Assembly (NCBI RefSeq): GCF_964355755.1
Contig: NC_092678.1
Coordinates: forward strand, 11,840,352 to 11,904,351
DNA: 64,000 bases
Source: Antedon mediterranea
Taxonomy: Eukaryota > Animalia > Echinodermata
Reading direction: 5' to 3'
Part shown: in pieces, positions 1-14,400 of the stretch
How positions within the stretch are numbered: the first letter of the stretch is position 1
Layout of the letters: each line of letters opens with the position of its first letter
Made by a program: the position numbers and the translations under genes
The notes under the pieces: model-generated
The model's database searches: none
The model's input: only the letters and a program-made list of their open reading frames with translations
What the model was told of the DNA's origin: nothing

Positions 1-184
1 TCATTTGTAAACATATAAAAAACATATTACATTGTGATCATTTTAATAACAGCAATATCATTTTTATGCCCAGAATATTTATTAATATCAATATTGTTTG
101 TTATTATAATGCTGTTTGAATATATAATGAAACAAAACACATTTTTTATTTATAGTTCAATAAGTAAAAATGACATGTACTTAC

Positions 185-331
185 TAATATCTTGACATGT
201 TATGCCTGTATAGCCTTCAGGGCAAAGACATTTACTTAGCACACATGTACCATTATTTTGACATAGAGGGTCGCAGAAATCTCCAATATATGCAGTAGTC
301 ACTTCCATTATATGTAGTTGCTTCAGCATAC
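185..331 (-). CDS. Internal exon encoding one EGF-like domain; gene continues beyond the left edge
   Basis: 147-bp phase-1/phase-1 exon (aag| ... |gtaagt) encoding GMLKQLHIMEVTTAYIGDFCDPLCQNNGTCVLSKCLCPEGYTGITCQDI, six-Cys EGF spacing. Upstream exons not resolved; a possible non-coding exon ends at a donor near 3098. Confidence 0.75.
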
Positions 332-617
332 CTTTAAACATTGAGATATGATCAGAATTCAAAATAAAGTACAATAGTCAACCTTATACAAATATTATAT
401 ATATATACAATTGTGAATTTCATATCACGATCGTGGTGAGCAATACACTGGGGGCTCCAGTTTTATGGTGTTCTAGGATATCACTAATGCGATCAACTGT
501 AAAGGGTCTTGCACACCTGTTCAGGCACGGTTCTGTTCTGGTGTCGGCAAATCAAATGTTACTGTTTGTTTTCAAGGCGCTACACATGGCTATGCGCCAA
601 TCGATATGTGCATAGCC

Positions 618-702
618 GGGTGTCTAGAAAACTCAGATCTAGAAAACTCAGATATCAATATATGAGTTTTCCAGAATGGAACTCAGAGTTTTCTAGACAC
701 CC
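618..702. mobile_element. Miniature inverted-repeat element (~85 bp)
   Basis: TIRs GGGTGTCTAGAAAACTC / GAGTTTTCTAGACACCC; flanking direct repeat GTGCATAGCC at 608-617 and 703-712. Confidence 0.8.
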
Positions 703-2624
703 GTGCATAGCCATGTGAAAACGAAACATTGGTGTACGTTTGATTTGCTGTGGCACCTGCATAAATTGTCTTCTGTTATTATAGTTATAGGCCTAGTAGT
801 GACATAGTAGATATTTTAATCACTTAAAAGTGATTTGGAAGAGGTTTTTACAGGGTTTTTGGGGTGTGCGCAAGGCTTGCGCAGTTTAGAAATACTTGCT
901 AGTTTGAAGAAACAGGATGATATGATTCCATGGAAAGATGAATGATGTTATGTTATGATGATAATGTTAGGTGGTAATGTTAGGTGGTGTATAGCCGAAT
1001 CTGGCCTTTCTGAAAAAACCTTTTAGTAATGAAAGTGTTGCACTATCATTACACTATCCAATTTTATTTTTCAGGAAATAACAATTTTAATAAATTATGT
1101 TCAGATACTATGCTACTGTACATTAGGATTGAAGAGGCGTTGCAAAAATTGTTTTACTGTTATTTTGTACATGGTTTTTACACACGTTTGTACATACCAT
1201 ATTTATTTGAATACATTTATTGTTCAGGAGTGATTTTAGAGGGTGTTTATTCGAGTGAGGTGGAGTAGTTTATTTTTTTAAATGTAATATGGTAACATAT
1301 TAATCAAATAAATACCGTACCCCCTAGATATGCAACACCATTAATATCAAGAAGTGATAAAATATGGTAAAAAATTGTATCAAAATGCTTGGTATGGAAA
1401 TGTGTTTATATGCATGTTAATTCAAGAAAATATAGTAAATAAGGTACATTTGTAACTCTACCACCTACAAAACCATAGCAAGATCTGTTTTGTTTATAAT
1501 TTGTACCCAACTAGCAAATTTTTAGTGATATCATTACAGTTAAAATTATTTCTTTTGGCATGTGACAAGGGTAACCTGTGACAATACAGGACTTTAAATA
1601 TTACATTACTACTAAATATTAAAGCTCACTTACAGTACAGCAAGGTCAAGGATATCTACTGATTTGTAAACATAATATTCCTCATTCACTTCACTTAGTT
1701 ATTTGGTGCTATCCAGTAAAAAAAAAGCCCTTCAAAATATAGGAAACTTCTAAGTAAGTAAATACCAAATATTTATTAGGTGATAAAGGCCCCATTTTGT
1801 GAATTCACCATATTGGTCATACTGTACATCTATCAAACCAATTGGTAAGAATCAATAACATTCACTACAAAAATAGCATAATAATCCAACATCAATGACA
1901 AATATAATAAGCAGGTAGGCCTTGTATGGTGTTAATTAATCAATACAATTAGAGGTATATTGGTTTCAATCAATATTTGATATCAAAGTAAAGCCAGATT
2001 AATGGATGACTTAACCTTGACCTTAAATATTATGAGTAAAGCACTCAGTAAAAACGCAAATTTCATGGCAGATTTGGTGCAGTAATGTAAACATGAATGT
2101 CCAACAAACCAATAATCATATGATTCACAGCATGATGATGTTATGATCTAACAGTGTATTATTGAAGCATTAAAATGGGTGAAAAACAGTATGTAAGCAC
2201 AAAACATAACAATATTATTATAGATTGTATAGCGCTTTTAACTTTTAAAAATTGACAAAGTGCTTCACATTGCAAGAGACCAATTAAAAACAAAATAAAT
2301 CTTATAAAAATATGAATTAGTAAGTAGATATCTAGTTATCTCAAAATAATGTGGACAGTTTATATAATCATATTATTTACAGCTTAGTTAGTTATGTCAC
2401 ACATCTGGGGCGGACCCAGATTTTGACCACCCACCCCTCCTATGTTGCGTCCAGAAGTGGGTTTTACACTCGACAGTGAACCATGACCAACGGCTTAAAA
2501 ATTAAAGTAAATGAACGTCAGGGCTATATTTGAAATGCAAGTGTGAACACTGGACGAGACCCAAATAAAAATGGGGTTAGCATAGAGCCAGGACTAATAA
2601 GGTAAGGCCATGGATGGTCAAAAG

Positions 2625-2762
2625 ACATAGGCTAGGTAGGCTAGGACTAGGTAGGGAGAGTAGTGTCCCTAACTAAAACAAGCCTAATCTTATTGATGGT
2701 CACATAGGCTAGGACTAGGTAGGGAGAGTAGTGTCCCTAACTAAAACAAGCCTAATCTTATT
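2625..2762. repeat. Two-copy local duplication (~60-75 bp)
   Basis: cataggctagg...gactaggtagggagagtagtgtccctaactaaaacaagcctaatcttatt occurs twice. Confidence 0.75.
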
Positions 2763-4941
2763 TTTGAACATTCATTTTCTACAGTTCAGTTCCTTCATCA
2801 TCATTTTTACAAATTGATTACACACAGGCCTGAGTACAGTACTACAGTGTGTCATTAGAAGGGTGAATGACATAAAAATTGACTTGAGTCGAATTTGTTT
2901 GCGTAAACTTCAATAAACCACACGTCGAATCAAAGGCCACCACAGAGGTGGTAAGTAGGCCCTTACCTTATCTTCTGCTGGTAGTACTGTAGGGAAGGTG
3001 TTCTATCGAACTAAGACCAGGGAGTTGTTCTCCCTGCTAAGACAAAACAAACAAGGTTAGGTGGCCTACGAAAGAGAAAATAAAGAATAAAAACTTACGG
3101 TAACTAGATTTTATGTATGCCACCAACTTCACTGAATATGGAAAGATTTAAACGGATATTTACTCATTTTATTTCTGTTGTTATAATATGATTGAAAGTA
3201 ACACAATAAGCGAGGTCATAGTACAGTACTAACACAGTGCTACAGTTCATCTAGCGTGTTTAGCTAGGTAATCCAGAGTTCTTCAACACGATCATCTCAT
3301 TGGTCACATCCCGTCAAGGCTATCTCGGTCTCGTGGTACCTGTCAATCACTTCAGCCCTAATAAGGCGTGGTTATTTCGCACTTTAATTTAAAATGATAA
3401 AATAACAGTAAATGAGACATTTATTTTGAGATACTCAACAAAATAGGAAAATATATTGTGACTCGTATGCTGAAAGATATTTTTCTATGAGGACAAAAAG
3501 TGAAATCTAAAAATTGTTATAATACCAGGCCTACTTTTTCTTGCCAACAACATTATTTTATGGGATGAGCATACTTAATTTCCATAACATTGAATTGCAC
3601 AATCAACGGATATTGCCAACAAAAAATTATTTTAGCTGAAGAAGGAAACAGCCAAGGGCAAGTCCTTGAATGCTGCAAACTGGCAACACAATTAACAACT
3701 GCAACAACTTAGGCCTACGTATTACACCAAATTGTATAGTTGTTCTTTACTTCATATAGTAGTTCAACTACTTGTGTATATAGAAAGTTTTATCTTATTA
3801 CAATTCATAATTAATGGTTTTTTGTTATATTTTTTACCAAACTAAAAATAATTAAAATGACAAAAGGTTTGTAATTGTAGGCTACGAATGTTGTATGAAT
3901 GTAATACAATTGTATAGGCCTATATAAATAAAATACAAAACATTCATGTCACCTACTACTACTCTAGCTACTACAGATATTCTTTAAAAAAAAAGAAATA
4001 ACTAATATTTGCTCAATTTACATAAAAAATGCATGATCACAATATTGATTAATTGATTGCCCTATATAGTTTGTTATTGTGAATAATCTTAGACATGAAG
4101 CTAACAATGCTTTCTTATTTGGCTAAAGTATCTAAAAATGTAATTATATAACCATCTTATAATATACACTGAATGTACTGAAGCAACTTCTTGATGTGAT
4201 TTAATAGATAAAGCTCATTAAGAGCCAGTTCAGACTACCTCAATTGGTTTCACAGATACAGTTACCGCTAACTTTTGTTAAGTTTTTGTTTGTTGTATTC
4301 TCTATATATAAGTTGCATATATTAACAAAACCTGAAAAAAGAGGAAACAACTATGAAAAAAAAGATCTGGAATCTTTTTATTACCAAAGTAAAGCACTTA
4401 ATTAAAAATGAATATATGTGCTACTACTTTAAAGCTCAATGTAAATGGGGAGATATAAAGGAAAATCTCCTTAAATTAATGAAATAACAAAATGCTATTT
4501 GTATCTCTTAAATACATTGTATATAGGCCTAATGACTATATTACGTTTAGGATGTCATCCGGGTATGAAGCGTCTCACATACACACAGAGCCAAAATATT
4601 AACTTGGACTTGCACTTTGTATGGACTATGGATTATATACATTCCATCCAATCCATTTTAACACCTTTTTTCAAGCTTCTGCATTCTTCGTTTTCATCTC
4701 ATCCATTTTTTCCTTGGTAAAAAGGAAGGATACTTTATATTCCTCCCTGAGTTTATAGCCTCGATTACCCAGACACGGACACGAACAGAAGAAAACAACA
4801 ATAACCACAAGTACGTTGTTTTTTAAATCAATTTTTATCGTCATTTTATTGCCATCTATATATTTTAACTAATTGTATTTTTAAAAATGTAAATGAATGT
4901 AAAAGTGTAGTTTCTTTTTAACATCAAAATAATTTTAGCCA

Positions 4942-5247
4942 ATGTATGTATATACTGTTCCAATGTATATACTGTTCCAACGTATATACTGTTCCAACGT
5001 ATATACTGTTCCAACGTATATACTGTTCCAACGTATATACTGTTCCAACGTATATACTGTTCCAATGTATATACTGTTCCAATGTATATACTGTTCCAAT
5101 GTATATACTGTTCCAATGTATATACTGTTCCAATGTATATACTGTTCCAATGTATATACTGTTCCAATGTATATACTGTTCCAATGTATATACTGTTCCA
5201 ATGTATATACTGTTCCAATGTATATACTGTTCCAATGTATATACTGT
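4942..5247. repeat. 17-bp minisatellite
   Basis: (tatatactgttccaatg)n, about 18 copies with c/t variants; explains the overlapping repetitive ORFs. Confidence 0.95.
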
Positions 5248-6527
5248 TTAAAAGATATGTATTTTTTTAGCAATGTACCTTATGAATAAGAGAAATATAT
5301 AAATGTGCATATATATTATTATATTTATAACAGAGAACTATAATAAAAGTGGGACGAACCCACACAAGACAAACAAAAAGTTGTTGTTAGACTGTTGTAT
5401 GCCTACAGTTTATAATAATGCAGATAATTCAATTTAATTAATTAACTAGAAAGCCACTCCGAGGGTGCATACTGTAAAATTCTCCTACATAAGATTTCTC
5501 CGGTAAAATAAAAAAATATATATATTTGTGTGTGTCTTAATGCTGTTTGTGATTTAGGCTAATTTCACTACAAGCATGTGTATGCGAGTTTGGTGTAATG
5601 GTTATGTAACCAGCCTTTCAATTAACAATAGCTTCAGTTGACTAACAACAGAACAGCAACGCAAAAATCAAACGAGTGAATTTGAAAAGAAATAGGTTTT
5701 TTAAACTACTCGCATAAAAAAAATGTGCACATTAAATCAAATTATGTTTTAAAATTACAAATCACAAATTATAACTCTTGCCTCTTGTACAAAAATGAAG
5801 TTTTTCTGTTGAAATCACTTTTCAGTCTGGAGTGCGCCCTCTAGCCTTCGGCTTACAGCTCACTGGTTTGATATGAACCCATTTAAAAGGCCAACTTGGG
5901 TGTAATTAATATTTAAAGTTATCATAAAAGCTCATCAACTAAAATGATAGACAGCAGTATCATTGTCAAATAAGGTGATGTTATGGGTATGGCAAGCTCA
6001 TAAGCAGTTGAAGAGAATGGTTTGTATTTTCAAATTTGGCTTGACCTAGGATAGTTAAAGTCAATTTACACAGATGAGTGGTAACTTTAAGCGGAAAACA
6101 CAAATATAAAATCTATGTATGTTATTTCTTATGACCATTTACACACTGAACAGACGGGCGTTTGAGAGAAAATCCACTCAAGATAGAAAAAGAATCTATT
6201 TTGTCAAAGTACTATGTGGTCATTTTGGATTCTGATTCTTGATTGATGTGACGCCATCTATCAACAACTGTTTGAGACCAAGATGTCAAAAAATACGAGT
6301 GCCAAAGTAGTCTAGTAGTAGTCTAGTTTCGGAACTTCTTATTATTCAGAAATACAAACAAGACTATCCACCAGACCACTAGCGAATGCCGCATGCTGTA
6401 TAAACGGGACAAGCTACGCAGTTTTGTGCTTACCGTTTGTGTAAATTTAAACTTGTATTTTCTGAATAAGCTAAAACTAGTATCCACTTCTCTTATACAT
6501 ACATACACATTTAAGACAGGAGGTAGG

Positions 6528-9500
6528 CTATAATTCATGTGAATGATCATGTGTTCCTTTCAGTGACACCACATCAGCATTCAACATGACATGATAATAA
6601 AAATTGACTGTTTTTCGGTAATTTAATATTGAAATACGTTCATCATTTCCATGAAAACGAGCCAAGTCTTTTCTAGTCACTTCTGTTGGACAAAATCTGT
6701 AAATGTTTTGCGTAAGATTTGAATAATGGCGTGTGTCTGTGTTTGCCATCAGAGTTGCTGAAAGAAAATTATAGAAAAATGTGTGAATTTAAACCCCACT
6801 AAATGGTAAGTGAGGACGGAAGTTTTAAGTGAGACCACTTACTAGTGAGAGAGGGTAGGATTAGTAAGACATCTACAAGTTTCTAGTGAGAGAGGGTAGG
6901 TTTAGTAAGACATCTACAAGTTGCTAGTGAGAGAGGGTAGGTTTAGTAAGACATCTACAAGTTGCTAGTGAGAGAGGGTAGGTTTAGTAAGACATCTACA
7001 AGTTGCTAGTGAGAGAGGGTAGGTTTAGTGAGACATCTAAAAGTTGCTAGTGAGAGAGGGCAGGTTTAGTAAGACATCTACAAGTTGCTAGTGAGAGAGG
7101 GTAGGTTTAGTAAGACATCTACAAGTTGCTGGTGAGAGAGGGCAGGTTTAGTAAGACATCTACAAGTTGCTAGTGAGAGAGGGCAGGTTTAGTAAGACAT
7201 CTACAAGTTGCTAGTGAGAGAGGGTAAGTTTAGTAAGACATCTACAAGTTGCTAGTGAGAGAGAGTAGGTTTAGTAAGACATCTACAAGTTGCTAGTGAG
7301 AGAGGGTAGGTTTAGTAAGACATCTACAAGTTGCCAGTGAGAGCGGGTAGGTTTAGTAAGACATCTACAAGTTGCTAGTGAGAGAGGGTAGGTTTAGTAA
7401 GACATCTACAAGTTGCTAGTGAGAGAGGGTAGGTTTAATAAGACATCTACAAGTTGCTAGTGAGAGAGGGCAGGTTTAGTAAGACATCTACAAGTTGCTA
7501 GTGAGAGAGGGTAGGTTTAGTAAAACATCTACAAGTTGCTAGTAAGAGAGGGTAGGTTTAATAAGACATCTACAAGTTGCTAGTGAGAGAGGGTAGGTTG
7601 AGAAAGACATCTACAAGTTGCTAGTGAGAGAGAGGGTTGGTTTAGTAGGACATCTAAAAGTTGCTAGACTAGTGAGAGAGGGTAGGTTTAGTAAGACATC
7701 CACAAGTTGCTAGTGAGAGAGGGTAGGTTTAGTAAGACATCTACAAGTTGCTAGTGAGAGAGGTTTAGTAAGACATCTACAAGTTGCTAGTAAGAGAGGA
7801 CAGGTTTAGTAAGACATCTACAAGTTGCTAGTGAGAAAGGGTAGGTTTAGTAAGACATCTACAAGTTGCTAGTGAGAGAGGGTAGGTTTAGTAAGACATC
7901 TACAAGTTGCTAGGGTAGGTTTAGTAAGACATCTACAAGTTGCTAGTGAGAGAGGGTAGGTTTAGTAGGACATCTACAAGTTGCTAGGGTAGGTTTAGTA
8001 AGACATCTACAAGTTGCTAGTGAGAAAGGGTAGGTTTAGTAAGACATCTACAAGTTGCTAGTGAGAGAGGGTAGGTTTAGTAAGACATCTACAAGTTGCT
8101 AGGGTAGGTTTAGTAAGACATCTACAAGTTGCTAGTGAGAGAGGGTAGGTTTAGTAAGACATCTACAAGTTGCTAGTGAAAGAGGGTAGGTTTAGTAAGA
8201 CATCTACAAGTTGCTAGTGAGAGAGGGTAGGTTTAGTAAGACATCTACAAGTTGCTAGTGAGAGAGGGTAGGTTTAATAAGACATCTACAAGTTGCTAGT
8301 GAGAGAGGGTAGGATTAGTAAGACATCTACAAGTTTCTAGTGAGAGAGGGTAGGTTTAGTAAGACATCTACAAGTTGCTAGTGAGGGTAGGTTTAGTAAG
8401 ACATCTACAAGTTGCTAGTGAGAGAGGGTAGGTTGTATAAGACATCTACAAGTTGATAGTGAGAGAGGGTAGGTTTAGTAAGACATCTACAAGTTGCTAG
8501 TGAGAGAGGGTAGGTTTAATAAGACATCTACAAGTTGCTAGTGAGAAAGGGTAGGTTGAGTAAGACATCTACAAGTTGCTAGTGAGAGAGAGGGTTGGTT
8601 TAGTAGGACATCTAAAAGTTGCTAGACTAGTGAGAGAGGGTAGGTTTAGTAACACATCTACAAGTTGCTAGTGAGAGAGGGTAGGTTTAATAAGACATCT
8701 ACAAGTTGCTAGTGAGATAGGGCAAGTTTAGTAAGACATCTACAAGTTGCTAGTGAGAGAGGACAGATTTAGTAAGACATCTACAAGTTGCTAGTGAGAG
8801 AAGGTAAGTTTAGTAAGACATCTACAAGTTGCTAGTGAGAGAGGGTAGGTTTAGTAAGACATCTACAAGTTGCTAGTGAGAGAGGTTAGATTTACCTGGA
8901 ACTACTACAACTTGTCCAAAAACTTGTTTGATGCTAGTAGATATTAACTGGTAACCGAATGCCGATTCATCGTATGGTGATTGACGAGAGGGTTCAAATG
9001 ATTCTCCTAAAATGTTGAACTTGATTCGCTTGTCGTTTACTATCTTTTTATCAAGCTCCAAAATCTAAAATAAGGGAGATTTGAGATAAAAAAATTCAAG
9101 ACAATCCAAAAATGTACATAATAGAAATTTTAAATGGTCACACATGGGATGATTTATAGGTCTCTGATTCTACTCGTCTACACCGATGAGATGCCTTCAT
9201 ACCATGGGATGATTACTAACCTCTTGTACACTTTGTAAGGGGTGAATCCGATGATTAACAATAGCTTTGGCATTCGGAGCAATCACGTTTGTCTTTAAAA
9301 AAAATGTTTTCACATGTGATATTAAATATTTCTCATTTAAAAAAATGTCTTAAAGATGTCAATGTACCGTTAAATTAATATTGATACACAAATTGTAGAA
9401 AACTGCAATATACCTTGATGCCACCATTAAACATCGTCACTGCTGTTGTTGTTCGAATCAATGAATCAGTTTCAGGATTCCGAGATATAAACCTTTAAAA

Positions 9501-11397
9501 CAAAGAATTTGCAGAATTTTAGGTGCTATGACATTCCACTGATTTTTAATTAAAATAATTAAAATAAATTTATTTATTTATTTGGTGACAATTTACCTTT
9601 AAATTGGTGGCACTGAAAATATGCGGTGCGGTTCGTTAAAAAACAAAACAGAAAATGTTGCAAAAGAAAACATAAATACAATGAACAAAACTATTTACAA
9701 ATAACAATAAATGCAATGTAATATGGTATGGCACAATATTAGAATAAAAACTATTAGAGATGTTTATGTTGTTTAATTTTTTAAACAGGGGAGTAAGATG
9801 TTAACAATTTAATTTAGCTGTCAAAGGGGGAAAAGTGTGTGTGCTCCTGGAATTGGTTCGTTCAAATATTTTTAAGCACTACTGCTTCAATGTGCAATTT
9901 CTAATCACTTTCCAAGATATTCTGGTGATAGAAATAATAGTATCTTCAACATTTATACTGCAATTTTATTTATACAGTAGATATTTAAAAACTTATAAAA
10001 AATGTTAACAAACAATACATACCAACTCAAAAGAGGGCCAAACAACCATAGATTTGTTACAAAAAAACGGACTGCAACGGGCATCTAAAATAATGAATAC
10101 AGTATCAATTAAGATTTTCTTTTGTTCACTGTTGAACTTTGTAGATACCTTTTAGGTTATTTTTAGCCACACGCCCCAAATGGGCATTTGAAAAGTGAAT
10201 AGTAATTGTAAACAAACACCTTGATTAACAACACTACAGCTTGTGTCAGTTTGAACATAGCTTTGTAAAATATTTATAAACAATTATTGATACTTTGACA
10301 CTTATACTTACTTCAACACTGAGTGTTTGGTACATGGCTTTATCTACATCTGATCCAAACTGTGATGGTAATGGACAGCCCTCTAACCTGAGAATGAGTA
10401 AATTAACAGATTTAATTGATTAATTTCATTCTGCATTGCCACAAAAACAAAAAACTTTTCTATAAATAATTTTCAATCTCACTAGATATTGAGATTTTGA
10501 CACTAGCATAATTGTAAGGTTAAATAATATGCCTGATTTCATTCGACATGAATCAAGTTTGCTTATTCTTTACTCTTTACCTGAAAAAATTCTAGTAGTA
10601 GTATGTCTGAGGAAGTCTTACACCGTTAAACTTAACACTTACTGACAGTGAAAATGGAGTGAAATGTTGTGTTAAACGTTGGTATATTGTGTATTCCCAC
10701 TCCTGATCATGAATGCTGACTTGTTGTACCATCTGATCTCTATCAGTGGTAATTTAATGCTAAACTTACTGTTTGTTTATGATTGTTTTTAATGAATTTG
10801 TTCATTCTCTTTACATTCATAAAACAGAAGTAAAATTAATGTACCATGATCTTGGTAAATCTTATGGAATAATCATGGCAAGTTTAATTGTGGCAGATCC
10901 GGGAAAACTTGTAAATTGGACCTTTGAAATATTCTTACCTACAAATTGCTCTTGCAAGTGCACCGATATTTGTTTCCTTTGGAGGGATACTTGAATGTCC
11001 TGTAGGAGCTGAATCCATTGTCAACTCTACAGTCACTGATCCTTTTTCTGCTATTGAAACCCTAAAATACAATATAGTTTTATTGTTTATTTTGTGTAAA
11101 TTTATTTCGTTTTGTCGACAGCCACCTTCAGCAACATATATTTTTGTAATTCAAAAGATATGCATTCAAATTAATTAATAAGTAAAGTTTAAATAAACAG
11201 CAAGTATTATTAACACATTTTCTATTTACAAGTAAAGTTTAAATAAAATTAAGCAGGTAGATCGAAGAGAAAAAAAAAATGAAAGATTTCAAACACAAAT
11301 TTTTAAATCCTGTCCCGCAGTAATGGATCAAAATAAAATGATGTTTTGAAATTCTGACCCTAATGTCACACCTTGGGCCCTTTATTTATGGAAACAC

Positions 11398-11432
<35 letters not shown>

Positions 11433-14400
11433 TTATATTTAGTATTTTCAAATGTACTACATTTTATATTTAAACCTGTTAGTGACAGTAATTATTCTAA
11501 TTTTTAAAAAAACAATAACAAATCTGCCTTAATAAAAATGCTGAAAAGCGTATTTCAAATAGTGATTTTCATTTCAATAATTGTTTAAGTGACAATAAAC
11601 ACTACTACATTCTTCTCTTCATTTAAAGCTTATCATGCATTACATGATGGAAGGCTACAAGGTCTGCATGTGCACATCACAATTGTATTATTACATCAGT
11701 GCTGTACATTTGTGACTATTTTTATTCAAAAACTCTACATTGCTGTCAGGTTTTTTTTGGTCATTTTTTAAATTCGATGAAAAAATGATTATTAGAAATA
11801 GAAAAAGCTTTTTCAGAATGGCAGAGACTAAGTACTTACATAGCAACTGGCTTGTTAAGAAATGGTACAATACCATGTAATATCATCGTTCCCTCATCTA
11901 AAAGAAATTCTACTTCAGTAACTCCTTTTTGCTTCAAGTGTTCAGCTATGTAGTGTGCACCTTTGTTCCCTCCAATCTGTAAAAAGCATAGCAAGCAAAG
12001 CAAATTATTAACATTATTTGAGCTAGTATGAAATACCATGCTTGAATATAGATGTAATATAATGTGTTGGATTGAAGGGTATCTCCACACACACCACCCA
12101 TAAAATAATCAATTTTCACACAAATAATTGTCAATGATAGATCTTCTTCAATCAATCAATCAATCAATCAAATAAACATTTAATTTCTTTCATATTCATA
12201 TTTGAGTAAAACATTATAATTTCTGATATTTTATATATAAATATTTTTTTTAGACATATAATACAGTAAATCATAATTTAAATGTAAATTTTAATTGTTT
12301 ATCATTTTACCATGCTCTGTTTATGTTAAATTTCAGGATCTTCCAGCCACATTTTTTTCTGAACAGAATGGTCAATGCTCTTTAATATTTTTGTCATTTC
12401 ATTTATTTTGTCTCCATAAAAATACAATATAAAAAACGTGGACAAAGAACAAGAAAACATCACACAAAACCAGACAGAGACAGGATTCCTAAAAAGCGAA
12501 CTTAATCACTATCTAGTAGTCTCCTATTGAACTGATTGTATAAAAAATATATTCAAACATTCATAATTCTTGATATAATTTTCAAAGTATCAGTAATAAA
12601 ATGACTGTTGATTATGTTGATGCATTACAATTTATTTGCATATATCAGTACCTCCTCATCATGACCAAATGCAATGTAAAGTGAACGCTTAGGAAGATCC
12701 TTTTGTTTTAATCTGAACTCTAATGCCTCCAGGATACCCTGCAATAACAAAATTTAATAAAAAATGCAGTAATTCCTATAAAATATATACTTTAAAAACA
12801 AATAATAAGTAGGCAATTTTCTTGAAAGCAAGCCAGACACATAATCCACACATCAGGGGCCGATCCAGAGAGTAGAACTTGAGGGCGCACACGCTTTGTT
12901 ATGACAGAGCCGGGTCATTCTTCAGTAAGTGTCTAAAATCATGTCCCGATACTTTGGTGGGATAGAGACTGAAAATTCATCATTCAAAAATAAAAATTCT
13001 TGACTTATATCATAATCAACATTATTGTAAATATAATTAATTACATAAACCAAAGATAATAACATTGATATTGTTAATTTTTATAAGAATATTTCAGGCA
13101 ACCCCCTAAAACACCATGTCCCGATCGTACATCTTCAATTTTATGATCGCCGTATATATTTCATAACAGGACTTTTGTTATTGAAAATATTGTAAAAAGT
13201 TAGTTAATCATGATATCATGCGATTTTATTCTTCAAAATACATCTCTACATACATTAAATCTCAAACTTTTAAGTTTTTGTTTGGAAAAAGCTTGTCCCG
13301 CACTTTTGTGTCATATCCGTCACATAATTCAAATGTGCCGTCTACAGTTTAATAAACGGCGGGGAAAAAAATTGATTGTGCGTTATATATATTGAAGATA
13401 TTGAAATAAAACTAGTCGCACATCATTTTCAATAAAAGAGGGAAAAAGGTAATAAAACAAGGTTTTAGAAAAATTACAGTTGCGTACCTTTATTCAATAT
13501 CATATCCGAACGGTATAGAACTCATTAAATAATTATAATTTCTGATTTTTTTTCAACTGGAAGTACAATTTATTCACGGTATCTAGAAGTATGTACTCCG
13601 TCTCCGCTGTCAGACATGCCTACGGGGTGATCTTGGGCTGCTCTAAGCTAAATACATCATCTCCGTCACGGTCAGCTCCGTCACATTTCTTAATGTTTCG
13701 TTGTGACGGAGATGACGGCCAGTGACGGATATGACTTTTTGTTATTGCCAGGGCCTTTTTTTGTTGTACATTTTGTTTTGTTTATCTTTATTATGTTATT
13801 ACAGTACATTCTTTTTCTATGTGATTCTGGTCAATAAACATATTCAAATCATATCTTAAAGTCATTTCCGTCACATGATTTTTTAGGTTCGTCATATCCG
13901 TCACGGTTTCATCTCCGTCAGATGGATATTTTATCCTTTTAAATTCTAAAATATTTCAGTAATGAACGCAATTATGTGGTATAATTGAAATATAAACCAT
14001 ATTCTTCAACTATGTCAATGGTTAGAAATATTAGTTCAACAGAATTTCGTAAAACATCACTGACAGTCATACTATTTTCTGAAATTTATTATTTTTTGGA
14101 ATAGTAAATGGTTTTGAACGTATAACATCATACTAATAAATGTTAAAACAATCATTTTTTTATTAATCGATAAAAAAATACTGTATGGAAATAATTTTAT
14201 AATTCCAACCCGTTATTTTTTCTATTTTTGTATATTCCATAAATGTGACGGATATGACAGCAACATGGAACCATGTATTTATAAATGCGAATAAAATACG
14301 AAATATATAATAAAGATTGCGCCAAACATACGCTTGCCATGTAATAAATGTTCATTTATCTGAATAAACTTTAAAAATTAAAAAAATTCAAGTTTTAAAA

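Noticed and set aside
1300-3300. Upstream coding exons of the left-edge EGF gene
   Set aside because: Donor-like sites near 1320, 1633 and 3098 exist, but no convincing open, phase-compatible coding exon was found.
4865-5289. Overlapping repetitive ORFs (also at 33283-33998, 37441-37953, 54153-55251 and 57345-57912)
   Set aside because: By-products of stop-poor tandem repeat units, open in several frames or strands, with no splice or domain support.
6843-8890. CRISPR-like appearance of the 37-45-bp arrays
   Set aside because: Head-to-tail units without unique spacers, no cas genes, eukaryotic intronic context.
12854-12890. CAGGGGCCGATCCAG-type ends (similar words near 2406 and 58239)
   Set aside because: Likely transposon-end fragments, but no partner TIR or TSD could be identified.
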